NCBI GenBank assembly: GCA_026770705.1 | Contig: JANJGN010000008.1 | Location: 163,370,001 to 163,434,000, forward strand | From: Isurus oxyrinchus | Lineage: Eukaryota | Reading direction: 5' to 3' | Length of the DNA stretch: 64,000 bases | Shown here: piece by piece, positions 25,101-39,899 of the stretch | How the letters are laid out: each line of letters opens with the position of its first letter | Position numbering within the stretch: position 1 is the first letter of the stretch | The notes under the pieces: generated by a model | The model's database searches: none | The model's input: only the letters and a program-made list of their open reading frames with translations | Told to the model about the DNA's origin: nothing | Program-made: the position numbers and the translations under genes

Positions 25101-26889
25101 CAATGAAAAGCCTCTGTGCACGCGTGTGGTTAACCTCAGGCCTTTGCATTCTTGGCTTCAGTCTTTGGTATTATAAAGCTGTGTCGTAGCTCTAATGAGG
25201 CCAAGGGTGTGTGCTAGTGACTTTTGCCTTCCCCAGCCGCTCCCACCACCCCTTGAAAATCATGCAGAGCCTTCAATTACAGGCTACTAATCCTTCGTGA
25301 AATGCAAACTATGAATTAGAAGTGTGTCAGGTGAGAACAGGTTAGGCTTCAAGTGAATGAAGAGGCATTCTCTGGACTTGAAGGCAGAACAGACACTTTG
25401 ATCTTTTGAGTTTGTTTTGAAAACCAATCAGGTGTGAAATAAAAGTGTTGCGTCCTACTTTACTCTAAAAAGAGAGAGATTTGTTTAAATTTTTATTTCT
25501 CACCTTGCTTTCAAATCACAATATATCTCTTATTCACTATCCAGGCATCTTACACTTCGGTCTTACAGATTTATCATGGAGGTCTTTAAATTATGAAGTA
25601 CAAAATGTTTAAGGATATTCTTGTGGATGCTTTTGAGAATAACCATTCAAAAAAAAGACTTAAAACTAAAATAGATGTATACTGTGATGGCAGCTGGCTG
25701 TAAATGCAATACTTTTGATAATGAGGTGTAAAGATTTTATCAAGCTTCTACATCACTTGCTGAATGCACTTTTTGTATTGACCATGCTGTAGTCCTATAT
25801 TAAGTGGCAGGAATTTTGTTTTCTTTTCTAAGTGGAACATCAGATTACAGAGGTCCTATTTCACTGGTGATTGTGGCAGACCACTTAACGTCTTGACAGA
25901 TATTCAAGATTGGGACAAGGTTGGTCACAGTGTAGGGTGAGAAAGCACTCATCTATCATCTGCAAATAGATCACTAGGTGGTTGAGAACAAATGCCATTA
26001 ATGAGTTCGGCTCGATACTTCCCTTGCCTTAACTCTTTACTGAATATCGAGAGACTCAGGGCATTTGGCCCTGGCATTTCATGATTTATGGAAGCTAATA
26101 ACCTAATGTTCACACCTCAAATTTGTACAGCAAACAAATTTGTGCACAGGAATTTCTAGCTAAGCAGATTTGCTTTCCAGCCCAACAACAGCAACAGATT
26201 TATTTTCTTAAGCTGTGTGAATCAGGAAAATGTTGTTCTGCATTGGTGACCAAAAGATTTTTTGACAGCAATTAGATTAAGATGCATGGCTAAGGTCATA
26301 ATTCTTCAATTGTTCTGATGCACCGATCATGCATTTCAGTGATACTGAAATTCAAAAAAAATTGAAAGTGTGTGTCAGCTTGGAACCAAACATGAGTCAG
26401 ATCTGTTCATCACAATGGATCCCTCAAATGGAACCTATCACTGATCTCCGATATAATTTAATTGAGTTTGCTGGAATATATATTTAAACACTATATGCAT
26501 ATATAATGATCCAATAGTCAGCTTGATACATTAACCCTATCAGATTGGATAATGTAGAATACACAAGTCAGGCAACATGACTAATGGTGATATCTGTTTA
26601 CTGCCACTTGCACACATTGCATTCTGTTGTATCTCTGAATCTATCAAAGGAAGGGGAAAGTGCTGCAAAACAATGCTGCACAGTTTTAGTTATTTGGAGA
26701 GTTCAAGGATAAAATAAGGCAGAGACAAAAGCTGACTTGAAGACTGAAGAAAATAGCACAATTGCTCCGTTCCATATACAAGCAAGAGATCTGAACAAAA
26801 GCAATTATATTTAGATTCTAATTCACCAATTTTCACTGTACCTAGTTGACAAATTAATATAGTATAACTATGCAAAATTATAACATAAC

Positions 26890-27210
26890 ATGCAACAATC
26901 CATCAAGACTCCTTTGACAACACCATCCAACCTGGGACCTCTTGTCACCTTGAAGGACAAAAGCAGTCGGCACTTGGGAAAGCCACAATCTGCAATTTTC
27001 CTCCAAGTCACAAATCAGCCTGGCTTTGAAATGCATCTCCATTTCTTCACTGTTGCTGGGTCAAAATAGCAATAATGTGAGTATACCTATACTGCATGGA
27101 CTGCAACAGTTGAGGAAAGCAACTCACCACCACCTGCTCAAGGGCAAGAACGGGCAATAAATGCTGGCCTTGCCAACGATGCCCACATCCCACGAGTGAA
27201 TAAAAATGAA
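26890..27210 (+). mobile_element. CR1-clade LINE 3' end (same family as 5681-6210)
   Basis: catggactgcaacagttgaggaaagcaactcaccaccacctgctcaagggcaa...gggcaataaatgctggccttgccaacgatgcccacatcccacgagtgaataaaaa. Confidence 0.85.
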
Positions 27211-30200
27211 AATAATACATAGCTCTCTGATGAAATGTGCATTTTACCATCAGTTATTAACATCTTAGCACTTCAAAATGAGTTTCAAATGCATCCATTA
27301 AGGTGGATTTTTATAGTCAAGTTTTATTGTGAGAAAGGAAACAAACTGATTTTTATTAATCACTGATCAAACAAATGTATTGAGATGATTGCAGTCTAAA
27401 ATTAGACTGCTATCTGTATGCTTATCAAATAAAACCCTAATTGCAGCCAACGAAAATTAGTAGAATGGAAGTGGCTTGAAAAAGGGCGTTACAGAATTGC
27501 ATTACAGAAACCTGCCATTATTTTGCCAAGAGAATTACATGATAAAAGAATTGTGTCCATAAGCTCCTTCACTGCAGCAAAGAATTAAAACAGCTCTCAA
27601 GACATCCAATTTTGTTCAGTTTGTTTCAATCAACAGTTTGTTTACCAGAATGTGGTTTTTGGAAACGGGGCTCATATTTTAGTTGTCTCAATTTTTTGGC
27701 AAGGGGTGCTTCTTAACTATAGGCTTTAAATATTTTGCATTGCTGTGGGTAGACAACAATCTGGAATGACACTGAAGAACAAGCAGCCAGGTCTGCAGCT
27801 TGTTCCGATATTAACTTCAACCTTAAAATGACATCTCAGTATCCTTCCCAGACAATGCTCAATTTTGGCCCATAGAAGTTCAAGCCAATGGGTACAACAG
27901 CAATGCAAAGTTGCAAATTTAAAACAATGAGGAAACGATACCTTTCCCCCCAAAAAATTCAGTACATTTCTTGGAAATCTTTAGCTGAAAGTTGGATAAT
28001 TTTAGGTTGTGGAAGCTATACTCGACACATTATTTAAAAGTAACAAATATTTGTGTTGAGTTTCAGTGCAACATAATTCTAATTAACAGCATAATCTACA
28101 TTTTTTTTTTAAAAATGGGGCTAGGCACATGATTGATCCATGTGTGTATTCTATAATTTTCACCATTGGGTCCATTCTGTGACATATTAATTTGTTACAA
28201 ATGTAGCTTTGGAAAAGATATAAATGTTCATTGCTGTCACAACCTTATGGCAGCAAGAAATCCAAAACTTTGAATAACTTGGGTTAAAAATTGGGAATAT
28301 TTCTGATTAGGAAATAATTTGACAGGGGAGCCGTTAAATACAACGTTAGAGCATATTGTAACTGATAACCTCAGTGCAAAGCTAGAGACGGTCAATTCTC
28401 GCTTTAGCATCAATGATTAGTAAAGATGTTAAAAGAGAAGCTTCTGCTTCTGTTCAATGGATTATAAAATTGTTTAAAGTTGTTTTACACGGTCTTTTGT
28501 GCAATAAAGAAGCGTCATAACAAGCTACATTAAAATTGTAAAACTGTGTTACTCTCAGGCTGGATCTTGCAGATGTTAATTAGTTTCACAGAAATAACTT
28601 AACATTTCTAATAATGCACCATTTGAGAATTTCTGAATTATGGTATTTGTTCATTAAACAGATACTCTTACAAGTGCGCATAAATTAAGTTTTAGCTTAA
28701 ACATCAGTACAAAACACAAATGGATCCCAGTAATCTCCAATATTGTGTTAAAGAGAGAGAGAGAGAGGAAATTATGATGATTCTTAATAATTATTGCATG
28801 CATGACACGGGGAAATAAAATATCTTGGTTTATGGGCTCATTTGTGGTTTATAAAAACTGAGGCCAATGTGCTAAGAACATTAATGATGTTATAAAGAAT
28901 TATGAGAGGAAATCAAATTTTCTTGCCACTTGAGCTGCTCTAAAATGCCAAACAATAAACTACCATATTGCAAATTAGATCAAGAGAAATATCAAACACA
29001 TTGCAGTATAAATTCCATAATTGCATTTAGGGGCTCCGCTCCTTGGGGATGTGCCGCTAAAGATCATCACCACACCACATATGAGTAACTATTGACAGAA
29101 CGATAAAAATCGACAGCCTAACCAAATAAACACTGCGGGCTTCATTAAATATTCAACAGCTGAAATTTGACTAAGGTGCCTACATTTCCCCTTGACACCC
29201 CCTCCAGCAGTGTTGAGAATGTTTATTGTGACAGCAATAAGTAATGCTGTACCCTGCAGGTCCTTGTTGCTCTGCACAGGAACAAAGAAGTGGATGACCA
29301 GGACCTGTCAATCCACAATGTGGCCTCTGCATTGGACTGACAACTCCATCCTATAACGCAACTAATAAAATTGCTCGATTTATATTTTGTTCTGTTTGAG
29401 CGTGCACTTCAAAGCTTCTCTTTTCTTTCAAAATGCATCCTTTGTTGCTCTAGGTGCACGTAGGATCAAGCATAAAAGAAAACAGATGTTGAGAAGCAAA
29501 TAACCGAGCATCGTTAGTTGAATCCTTCTCTGACTGAGTTTATTAGCAAAAATAGACAAGGCAACAACTTGAGTTTTTTTCTGACAGGAAAACTAATGAA
29601 GACAGGCTCATTCGCCCAGATATTACCAAAAAGGCCACCTCTCTTTGTATTCACAAGCACAATTCAAAAACAACATTACTGTTCACAGAATCAAACAGGA
29701 TGAGGTTACTTTCCAATCATTAACACTAAACAGCTGAAGAACCGCTCCTAAGTTGTTACATTTTTAGTTTTAATACTGCGCATTAAACCTGTTCTTGTAA
29801 AGCACTATGACACAATTGTGATGCAAAATTGGTGGACTGACAAGAAGGATCATACCAGTCGTGTAGTACATGACTGATAAAGAAGCATTTATTATGTTTT
29901 TCCTATTATTAAATGGCATTAAGTTTTCAACTTTTTGATTGGCTTGCTTCAAAAATAATACTTCTACAATTAAATTTGGCCTGCTCGAGTATACAGAATA
30001 GTGTGTCTGGAATATGGAATAAATAAATAATGCATGCACTGTAAGGTTATAACCAGTCATATGCTTTTCATGCAAGAAAGTTTATGTAAATGACTGATGA
30101 CAGTATTATTGTGTGAAGAATATCAATGGAGTAATTACAGTTGCATCATTTGCTGCTGCACTGGTGCTATAGCCTGTGTTAATTTTTCACACTGCTCCCT

Positions 30201-33200
30201 TGGGGAAGATCTGAGCGTGCTCCTAAGAGCAGAGCTAATAATCTGAGCTCTGAGCTACAGCCGCTTAAACTAGCCCTGAGGTCTTCACAGCAGACTGCTA
30301 AACACTGACTGTCTCCCACGAGAGGGAACAAGAGAGATAAAATGATTAAAAACTGCCAAATCGGACTGGCAATCACAGGACGGTGCTGTCAGAGGATGCA
30401 AAGGGGGGAAAAAAATCACAGTGATTTTTCTTTCTGCTCCATTCCCTGAATACTGAGGGTAAGACTGGACACCGTTGCTATTCTTAATGCATGAAACAGT
30501 GGTGTTGAATGGACTTTGCCGACTTCTTTTTACTGCTTCAGGTATTGATAAAAGCAATTAAATAAACTATAGTAGCTTGAGACTATATGATTTTCATTAG
30601 ACTTTCATTTAATAAAACACAGAAGAAAAGCAATAATGAAAAATTAACACAAGTAATTACTGTATGTGCTCTCCATGTCAGTTTGTCCCACTAAAGGCAT
30701 TATTACCTGTACTTTTCTAGATATGTATCAGACATCAATGCATATTATTAACAGGAACTAAATTAATTGTGTACAATTTTAGGATATTAGCATGCAAAAC
30801 CAAAACAAAACAAAACAATACAACTTTTTTTTTATTATTACTTTTGCATTTCAACACAAGGTGGAAATTCTATGCTTTAACCATGACTTTCGATACCATT
30901 GAATTATAGGTGGAAATATAGAAAAGTGGACGTTAGATTTGAGACAGAATAAACTTGTGCAGTGGTCTTGCAGCTGCCAGTGTAACACACACAAAAAGTA
31001 AATGCAGTTGAAAAAAGATGTTTTTGGAATGAAATTGTGATCTTATGTCCTAAGCCCCTTTCATAAATGGACAGGCTCTCCCTTCCGCACTAATTTCAAG
31101 TACAATTAAAACACTTCATTTTTCAATATTTATCCAATTTTACCCAAGTATAACATACTGAAAACAAAAGTAACATTTTCTGAGCAAAACAAACTAATAC
31201 AAAAACCTTCAGCCAGCTTAGAATACTATCACTTTGATTCTAACACAGCTACGTCCACTTCTAAAATTGAAAACAACTGTCAAAGTCAGTAGTTAAAGCA
31301 CTAATTATGCTGCATTCTGTTCGGAGTCCACTGTACAACCAATAATAACTACCCATTTGACTCCCATGATACATCTGGAACAATTTGGAGCTGTAATATG
31401 ATAACTGGGATATGAAAAAGTGACAACCATTTAACATCTTAATGCTAGTATGTGAGTACTTCCCTAATTTCAGACACAGCATCAGAATAATTTTAGTTGC
31501 TACAAGCTTGGGTTTTTACCTCTTGGGCTAATATAAATACTTAACTTGATAAGATCCTTTTTCTGAAGATAATCCTATTGTAATATCCCCTCGATAGCTT
31601 CAAGTATTACAGCGCATTAGTGGTTCCGAAATCCTATAATAAAACTAGTTCATGTATGTCTAATAATTTCAGCGTATTATACATGGCATCTGTATTTATT
31701 CCTCCTTCACATGCTGATTAGCACAGGTTTAAAAAAACAACAACAATGCTCAAGGACCATACCCGTAAATCACACTTTCACATTTGGAGCATTCTTGAGT
31801 TGAAATCTGCAAATGCCTGAGAAACATGAATATTAAGATGGTGCAGAGTGTGAAGAGAGAAACTGGTGAGAAAATGGAGGTTTCCCTCTATGTATAACAA
31901 TTATTAGTGACCTCAGAATGCCAAAACAATGTCCACATTAAAGGAACTTGCCTTGGAAACCAGGAGGAAAAGGCTTAGCGGAACAACAGAGGACAAAATG
32001 GTCAAGAACTTAACTGTACATTCTGGACAGGTTTGAGAAATGTAAATTTTAATGCTTGAGTGGAAAATTCAGGATGTCAGTCGTTCTCTTCAAGAAGATG
32101 TGTGAAGAACTTAATTACGGTAATTTAAACTTTGGACAATGCTGAAAAATGGGTAAAAATCGAATTAAATGCCCATTACATGCACCACCTGATCTTCCTT
32201 CCCAATGAAAACAGATACCCAGATAAAATCATCCTTAAAAAATAAAATGGATTAAAATGATGAGAATCAGAGCAAGTTGTAACACTTCAAAACCGATTAG
32301 ATGTATTGGAGACAGCACAAAGATATTGATCCATTGTCTGGCAAATTGTTAAGCTTTTCAAGGCGAGAGATCTCAGCTCTGGGAAACGCAAAACCTTCCC
32401 TTTTCAGTCACCCAGTGTCCAGATCATACACTTTCTCTTCAAGTAGAGCAAGTACAGCTGCAAGGTGAAGCTCCCTGTACTCTACCCTGACAACTTCGAA
32501 AACAAAGCATCCCATACTGCAGGAATGTGACCTTTCTATGTCCCACGTGATCGATCCTTATGGTCAATCAGAAGGAGATTTCCAATTTACAAGCAGTTTT
32601 GTGCCCTTGGTTCAGAACAACTAAAACCTGAGTTGAGACTGCTCAAAGGGGATGCTAAGCCAAGAGGCAGACCACTGTCATTCCATCAGTCTGCGTTGGA
32701 TTTGAAATCATGGGCTAAAAGGTAAAATCCTACAGCTGAACCCACAATTCAATGCAATCTTTCCACCCAAATATTTTATATTTGCACTTTAGGTCAATTG
32801 CAGTAAATTTACCTAAGGTAGCTATTTAAACCATAAAACAGTGGGTACATAGCAACATTATCTGCTAACCACAACTGCACAGTAATCTACATATACAACT
32901 ATTGATTTCCTTTCCGCTATTTGCTGGCAGGGATGAGATACAATATTAATTATGCATGGCAAACATTTAGAGTCTGCATTGTATTTAACTAGCTTTGGAT
33001 TTTCTAATGAACGGAAGAAATCCAACGTTATTTATCCTGAAGTCATACTTGAGGCAATCATACAATTATCAGCACAGGGGTACACAAATAAAACCAAACT
33101 CAAAACAAAACCAAATCACAATTTGTAATTATGTTGCACACACACGTTGCACACATGAAACTAATATTGCCTTTCTTCGATTTATAAAGTTACTATGCTG

Positions 33201-34196
33201 TTTTTCAATTACATAAATTGGATTTAAAAGTATTCAATTAAGACTAATCTAATTTCCCGTCTCACTGACATTGTAGGAATCAATTTGTCCAAAGTCAGGC
33301 CACAACCCTTTGTTTAGATTGGATGAAGATGCTCTTTAGATGCCCATAGTTTATACTGCTCTCCAGTTTCCTCTGCTGCCACAATTTGGTCATTAAAATC
33401 TAACACCTACCAATGAATTTTAATGGGAATATGTGTAAAATAGGTTCAATTCTTTGGAATGTTGATCAAATTCAAAGCTGGCTTTGGCGAATAACCCTCG
33501 GAACTTAACACTATCTTGGGGGTTTCTGCAGCATCCCAAATTCTGATCGAAAAGCTGGAGCAAGAATACAATACAAAGGCATCAGACATTTCTTCCTCTT
33601 TAAAAGTATTCCACATTGTATCTGATTTTCCTTTTCCCTTTAGTACTCCTGAAGGCATTGACTCATACCAGGTGTCACTTAGAAAAACAAACTGGAATTC
33701 TCTTCAACTTTTCCATTAAGAAAAACACCATCTTCAATGATTTTTTTTTTCTCTAAATATCAACCAAAGAATCTACAGGTGCAACACAGGTGTTGTCGCC
33801 CTGTCTGTTAAGTTAAAATTAAACAGTTTACAATAGAAAAATGGGCTATTAACGCTTTAAGTATGAAACTTTAATAAAAATAAAGCCTAGAGAACTTAAT
33901 CTGCAGTTTGATTTAAGTCTTAGAAAAAGCAAAGCAATTCCCAACTGGAAAAAATGATATTGTCTTTTCGTCAGACCAGAAAGAGCTACAGATGTCTGAA
34001 AGCAAATTCTGCAAACTGCACATGCTCAATGTACGGTTGTGGTTAGTAATTCCTTTCAACTGTTCTGAAGAAAAAATATGCAGGCTTAGTCTAGGCTTTT
34101 GAGGCAAGCTCAGGGCATGAAGTGAAAAATTTAATGAAGCTGTTGAACGACAAAGGAAATCTCTGTTTAAATTTGATCATTATATTGTGGAATATT

Positions 34197-34300
34197 AATC
34201 ATAGAATGATACAGTACTGGAGGCAGCCGATCGCCCCATTGTGCTCATGCCAGCTCTCTGGTAGAACTATCCAGCTAATCCCTCTCATCTTCTCTTTCTC
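34197..34300 (-). mobile_element. CR1 3' UTR fragment
   Basis: aatcatagaatgatacagtactggaggcagccgatcgccccattgtg...ccagctct is the reverse of a CR1 tail. Confidence 0.55.
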
Positions 34301-35218
34301 CAAAGCTCCATCATACTTGATATGTTTATTTTGATTAAAACCATAATAAATAATACATCAGAGTTTGCAGTTACTATGGAGGAAAACATGTCATGTTAAT
34401 CTCCACCCCCACCCCACACCCTCCCCCCCCCCACCCCCACCCCCCCAAAAAAAGTACTTTGAGAGATCCGATTGGTTCACCTTCTCTTTCTTCTATAGGT
34501 AAATTCTGCTAATTGGAGATTAGTTGTTTTAAAAGTCCTTAGCATTTTGGTACTTCTCTAAGGTGCTTATTTATTATCCATTCATTTTCTACCTGTCCTG
34601 TTTGGCTTGACTGGTGATTTACTTCGATCTAACTAACTAAATGTGACAGGAAAAGGTGAAAATAAAGGAACATGACAAGTTCCAGGAAGCAAGCTTTACA
34701 CAAGATATGGGCACTGATGCAGAAACATTTACTGTATAATAGATGTAATAAAATAAAATTTACTTGGAAATATTGAAAGAAATCAATAAGAAGGCTATAT
34801 TAAAATACTTTACTGTCAAAAAGATTAAATTAAATGCAGTTTCTGCAACCATCAATATTGAGCAAACAAAGAATATTCTCACTTTGTACACAGTAAGGAT
34901 AAGGGTTAGCCATTAAATGATATTTTTAGTTATAAATTTCTGTTATTGGGGCATTTTATTCCATAAATTACAGTCTCCATTATGCTTACATTTGTTGCCA
35001 TTAGACATTTTCCTCCATGGCTACTTAAGACCAATATTTCTGACTTGCCAATAAAATAAGCAAGTTAAACTTATACTAAATAGGCATTCTAGTTTAATCC
35101 CATTTCGGTTAGGGTTAAGCCAAGAGGAATTTTGCTGTGAAACAATATCCTGTAAATACCTACTGTATAATCTCACCATAACTGCAATACCAGTCTAAAG
35201 TAAGAGATGAAACACCAA

Positions 35219-35334
35219 GGGTGGAATTTTTTTTGGCGAAGGGAGTTCACAGTCCCAAAGTCAATGGACTTTTGAATGGCTTGCTGCATTTTACAGCCCT
35301 ACCCCCACTGCAACAAGGCCCTAAAATTCCGCCC
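35219..35334. mobile_element. Short MITE
   Basis: TIRs gggtggaatttt / aaaattccgccc (11/12 match); central aaagtcaatggacttttg. Confidence 0.7.
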
Positions 35335-35659
35335 AAGATCATAGAAATAGCTTTGGCTCAAAGTGACATTTCCATTAACTCCAAGAACTGAACAGGGTGA
35401 TTGCCAAATTGGTGCCAGAATGACTGAGCCAAGCTCTCCTCCAGTTCACAGTCCAAACTTCAGACTTGTGGCCATCTCTCCAGTTCTTCTACCCTCCCAT
35501 AAAACTCAAGGAGGGGCTGAAGCCAACCATTTTCAATGCCAATGAACCTATTCAATTCCAAGTGGTGTTAAGCCATTGATCGCATGAGTCAAATTTCTAG
35601 CCCCATTGGCATGAGGAAAGGTTTCAGATCCTGGGGTAATTTCAGCCACAGGAATGAAG

Positions 35660-36010
35660 GCAAAGAGGAGATTTAATGGGGGATTTTTAAACTATTAAGG
35701 ATTTTCATAGGATGAATAGGGAAAGACTGTTCTTTGGTTGGGGGTCAGTGATATTGGCTTATCAATTTGAATTGGTCACGGAGAGAGAGCAGAAACGATA
35801 GGAGACAATTCTTCACATGTAAAATTGTTGAGCCAGAGAATGCTTTCCAACAGGGAGTAATCGAGTTTTAGTAGAAGAGAGAGAAAACGCTTGAACAAAA
35901 GATTAAAGTTTACGGGGAAAGAGTGAAGCAGCACAATTAGTTTTGAATAGTTCCAACCAACAAGGATTCTGCATAAAGCACTGCACCTCATAGTCTCATT
36001 TGGTAGTATG
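35660..36010 (+). mobile_element. Old CR1 3' fragment
   Basis: ggagatttaatg..tttaaactattaaggattt..agggaaagactgtt...ttcttcaca matches the GDLI..FK..KG.D....E.LF and FFT.RV pattern of the CR1 ORF2 end. Confidence 0.55.
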
Positions 36011-37194
36011 AGGTTCTGACTTGGATATAAGAGTGACTTTACATCATGTATTTTGTATGTTTGGACATCCTGTGTTGTTCTGCTAGTCATTCTCCTAGCA
36101 GCCTAGCAAGCTTCCAACAACAGCAGTTTCTAAACTGCACCTCTTAGAGCATTAAGTGTTCTACTGGGCATGGACAGAAGCCAGCATAATAATAACATTC
36201 AGCAATGACCAATTACATCTTCATGTTGAACAGCTTACACTTCGTTTTCTTGCTTACAAACCATTGTGCTACAACATATTCCCTTTCCTGTCACCTTCAA
36301 TGTGCAAAACCAAAAGTTAAACTGGCAAACACTCTGAAAAATTAAGAAATCTTGGAAAGACATTTGCTTAGAGTGTACGGCTGAAATGCTACTTGCTTAA
36401 ATTTGCAAATTCTTGTTTTCCTTACAAAACTTTTATACCAAAAGAGAATGTGATCATTCAGATAATGCGGCTCCAGATTTAACATTAGGACCACTGTCAT
36501 TGCATAATTAACACAGATCTATCAAGGAAATAGGAATCCAGAAATAAAAACCTAACAGGTAATGACAGTGGAGAATATTTGAAGCCCAGATTCACAAATA
36601 AAATATTTCTGAATTATGTTTAGCTGTCGGGCATGAGTCTGGTGAATGGATCTGTTTAACAGAGCAATACTAAAGCTTTGGATCTTCACAGGCGGAAACA
36701 TTCTGTCTGCATCTGGTGTCCTACATGCATCATGCCGTTACCCCCAACCTCCTTCAAAGCAGGTCACTATAAATCTACAACAACAGATAAGCCAGTACAA
36801 AGATAAATGGGAATCTTTAGCTTGGCATTATATTTCAACAACCTCCACGACTCCTGTCTAACTTATTTAGGAAAAAAAAAGCACCCAGAACAGCAGGCAA
36901 TCAAACATCTGATGGCGGACAATGACTCAGTTTATGAAATAAGGATGGAGTCACAGCCAGAAATGGAGCAAATATTAACAGTATTCATAAGCTATTTTTG
37001 ACTCTAATTCATGGAGGTCCTCTTCGTAACGCAATTCTTACTCCATTAAGCTTTACTGAGTAATGTGACACTCAGTCCATTGAGTTGGCCTATACAAAAT
37101 TGCTGCTCTTTCTTTTTCAAAGTGGAACCAGCTCTCCGCTGCAAATTCTGAGTACTTACACGAATAACCCCAAAGGATGCTTCAGTGATTTCTT

Positions 37195-37885
37195 TTTAAT
37201 TTATTTAGGAGTTATGAGTATCACTAGACAAGTCCAGCATTTGTTGCCCATCCGTAGTTCAGAAGGTGGTGGTGAACAACCTTCTTGAATTGCTGCAGGA
37301 CATGTGCTATGGGAACACCCACAGTGCTGTTAGGAAGTGAGCTCCAGGATTTTGACCCAGCGATAGTGAAGGAACAGTGATATAGTTCCAGTTAAGATGG
37401 TGTGTCGCTTGGAAGGGAACTTGCAGGTGGTGGTGTTCCCATGCATCTGTTCCTCTTGCCATTCTGGGTGTTTGAGGTCATGGGTTTGGAAGGTGCTGTT
37501 GAAGGAGCCTTTGACCAGCTGCTTCAGTGCATCTTGTAGATGGTGCAAACCACTGCCACTGTGTGTCGATGGTGGAGGGAGTGAATGTTTAAGGTGGTGG
37601 ATGGGGTGCTGATTACACAGGCTGCTTCGTCTTGGATGGTGTCGACATCTTAAGTGTTGCTGAAACTGCACTTATTCAGGCAAGTGTAGAGCATTCAGTC
37701 ACACACCTTGACTTGTGGAAGATGGTGGAAAGGCTTTTAGGGAGTCAGGAAATGAGTTACTCACTGAAGTATTTCAAACCTCTGACCTGCTCTTGTAGAT
37801 ACAGTATTTATGCGGCTGGTCCAGTTCAGTTGCTGGTCAATGGTGATGCCAGGATGTTGATGGTGGGAATACTGGCAAACAACAT
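37195..37885 (-). mobile_element. CR1-clade LINE 3' part (family of 5681-6210 and 50920-52200)
   Basis: Minus ORFs include GITIDQQLNWTSRINTVSTRAGQRFEIL and MHGNTTTCKFPSK. The family tail is at 37195-37290. Confidence 0.85.
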
Positions 37886-37959
37886 GAAATATTGAGAGAG
37901 CCACACAGACAGTTGCATCATGTGGGCAATCAATGGACTCAATGAGGTAAGCAGCCAAT

Positions 37960-39330
37960 GTCTAAAGGCACTGCCCACTGTAATACTAAATTATGTAAGC
38001 TCAGGTTTCATTCCTGATCAATGTTAAGTTTGCTCATCTCAGCAGTTCAGTACCCATGTAGGGAGAAGATGGAGCAGGAGAGTTGGGGAAGGGGGCAGTG
38101 TTGCAAGGGGTCTGTTTCTGATCACTATCTAGTGATTCCTGTTGGAAAGTTTACATGTATGGTTGTTGAAGAGGAGGAGGATTGGGTTCAGCTCTGATAC
38201 TTTCTAAGCTGGAATAGCCTGAAAAAAAAAAATCACTGCCTTGACTTAAGAACATAAGAAATTGGAGCAGGAGGCCCACGGGCCCCCCAAGGCTGTTCAA
38301 CCATTAAATAAGATCATAGCTGCTCTGATCTTGGCCTTGACTCCACTTTGCTGCCTGTTCCCCATTACTCTAGACTCCCCTACTGATCACAAATCTGTCT
38401 ATCTTTGCCTTAACTATATTCAATGACTCAGCTTCCACGGCTGTCTGAGGTAGAGAATTCCAAAGGTTCACAACCAGAAATTGCCATAATCTCAGTCTGA
38501 AATGGAAAATAACTTATTCTGAAACTGTGCATACCCTCCACCCACCCACCCCCACCCCCACCCCAGCACCATGAGGAGAAACATCCTTTCAACATCTACT
38601 CTGTCAAGGCCCCTCAGAATCTTACATGTTTCAATAAGATCGTCTCTCATTCTCCTAAACTCCAATGAGTACTGGCCCAATCTGCTCAACCTTGCCTCAC
38701 AAAACACCTTAATCCCAAGAATTAGCCTAGTGAACCTTCTCTGAACTGCCTCCAATGCGAATGCATCCCTCCTTAAACAAGGTGACCAAAACTGCACGTA
38801 GTACTCTAGGTGTAGTTCTCACCAAAGCCTTGTATAGGTGTAGCAAGAATTCCTTACTTTTATACTCCATTCCCCCTTGCAACAAAGGCCAACATCTCAT
38901 TTGCCTTCTTAATTATGCTAAGCTTTGTGTTTAATTTACAAGGTGGATTGCTCGGCACCACAACATTCTGTTTTTTTTCCCTCCATTTAAACAATATTTT
39001 GCTTGTAGAAAACCTCCAGCTGCTTAATTTTTGCTCACTCACTTAACCTATCAATATCCCTTTGCAGGCTCTTTGTGTCACGCTCACAACTTGCTTTGCC
39101 ACCTACCAGTCTATGTATCGTCAGCAAATATTTCTTCAATTCACTCAGTCCCTTCGTCCAAGTCAGTAACATAGATTGTAAATATTTGAGACCCCAGAGC
39201 TGATCCTTTGGCACCCTACTAGTTACAGTTGCCAACCTTGTCCATGAGGAGTGATGACTTGGGCAATGTTGGTCCTTGTGGAATCATATCCCAAAAAGAG
39301 TAAGTGCTTTCGAGAGAGGAGTGGGAAAAG
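37960..39330 (+). mobile_element. Old SINE split in two (about 37960-38246 and 39237-39330) by a CR1 insertion
   Basis: The B-box-like caggtttcattcc, the body tctgatcactatctagtga..ggaatagcctg and the continuation catgaggagtgatgacttgggc..gtggaatcatatccc..gagaggag resemble one SINE consensus as I recall it. Family not named. Confidence 0.45.
38247..39236 (-). mobile_element. CR1 LINE 3' ~1 kb, internally deleted
   Basis: ORFs QFWSPCLRRDAFALEAVQRRFTRLILG..LGQYSLEFRRMRDDLIE, KKANEMLAFVARG and SLQRDIDRLSE. The tail aagaacataagaaattggagcaggag starts near 38248. Confidence 0.9.
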
Positions 39331-39544
39331 GGACTAAATTGGAGGCAGGGGTGTGAAACCAAGATTTAAAGTCCCATGTTCATAATGAAATAGCAAGATT
39401 TAGGGTTTAATATCACAGTTATGAGCTTTTATTCTCAAAACGTTGCTGCAAAATGCTTAAAGGCTGAATGGAGATACGGTTATACAAAGGAAAGGATAAC
39501 ACTCCAAATTTTCCTCCTATCTAACAAAATAATTGTGGTACACG

Positions 39545-39650
39545 AGGATCTATCACATCACTCACAAATCTTCCAAAGTGCAGTGTGTACCACCAATTAC
39601 TTTTGAAGTGCTGCTCCTGTTGTTCTGTAGCCGAACAAGCCAGCCAGCAG
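39545..39650 (-). mobile_element. Degraded Deu-SINE/L2-type 3' tail
   Basis: ccaaagtgc...ccaattacttttgaagtg..tgttgt is the reverse of the cacttcaaaagtac..ttgg tail. Confidence 0.4.
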
Positions 39651-39899
39651 TCAGTCACTTGCATCCTCATAGCTTAATCTGCTGACCTCTGAGTATTTGC
39701 TTGGCCCATGAAATGAAGGAACATGGATCAATGAGGAAGCTGGCTCATGCGCTTCAGCCCAGCATGGTAACCATTCATCGACAATGATGCAGGCTGCACA
39801 CACATACGTCAATGCAAGACTTTTTTTTGTTTCAAAAAGGACAATGGTTTTTTTCTGTCTAAGCATAAACGTATAGCAAAAAGAACAATTTTCTTTTTT

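Noticed and set aside
33516-33719. Protein-like ORF (QILIEKLEQEYNTKASDISSSLK)
   Set aside because: Short, with a non-ATG start, no recognisable homology and no convincing splice sites.
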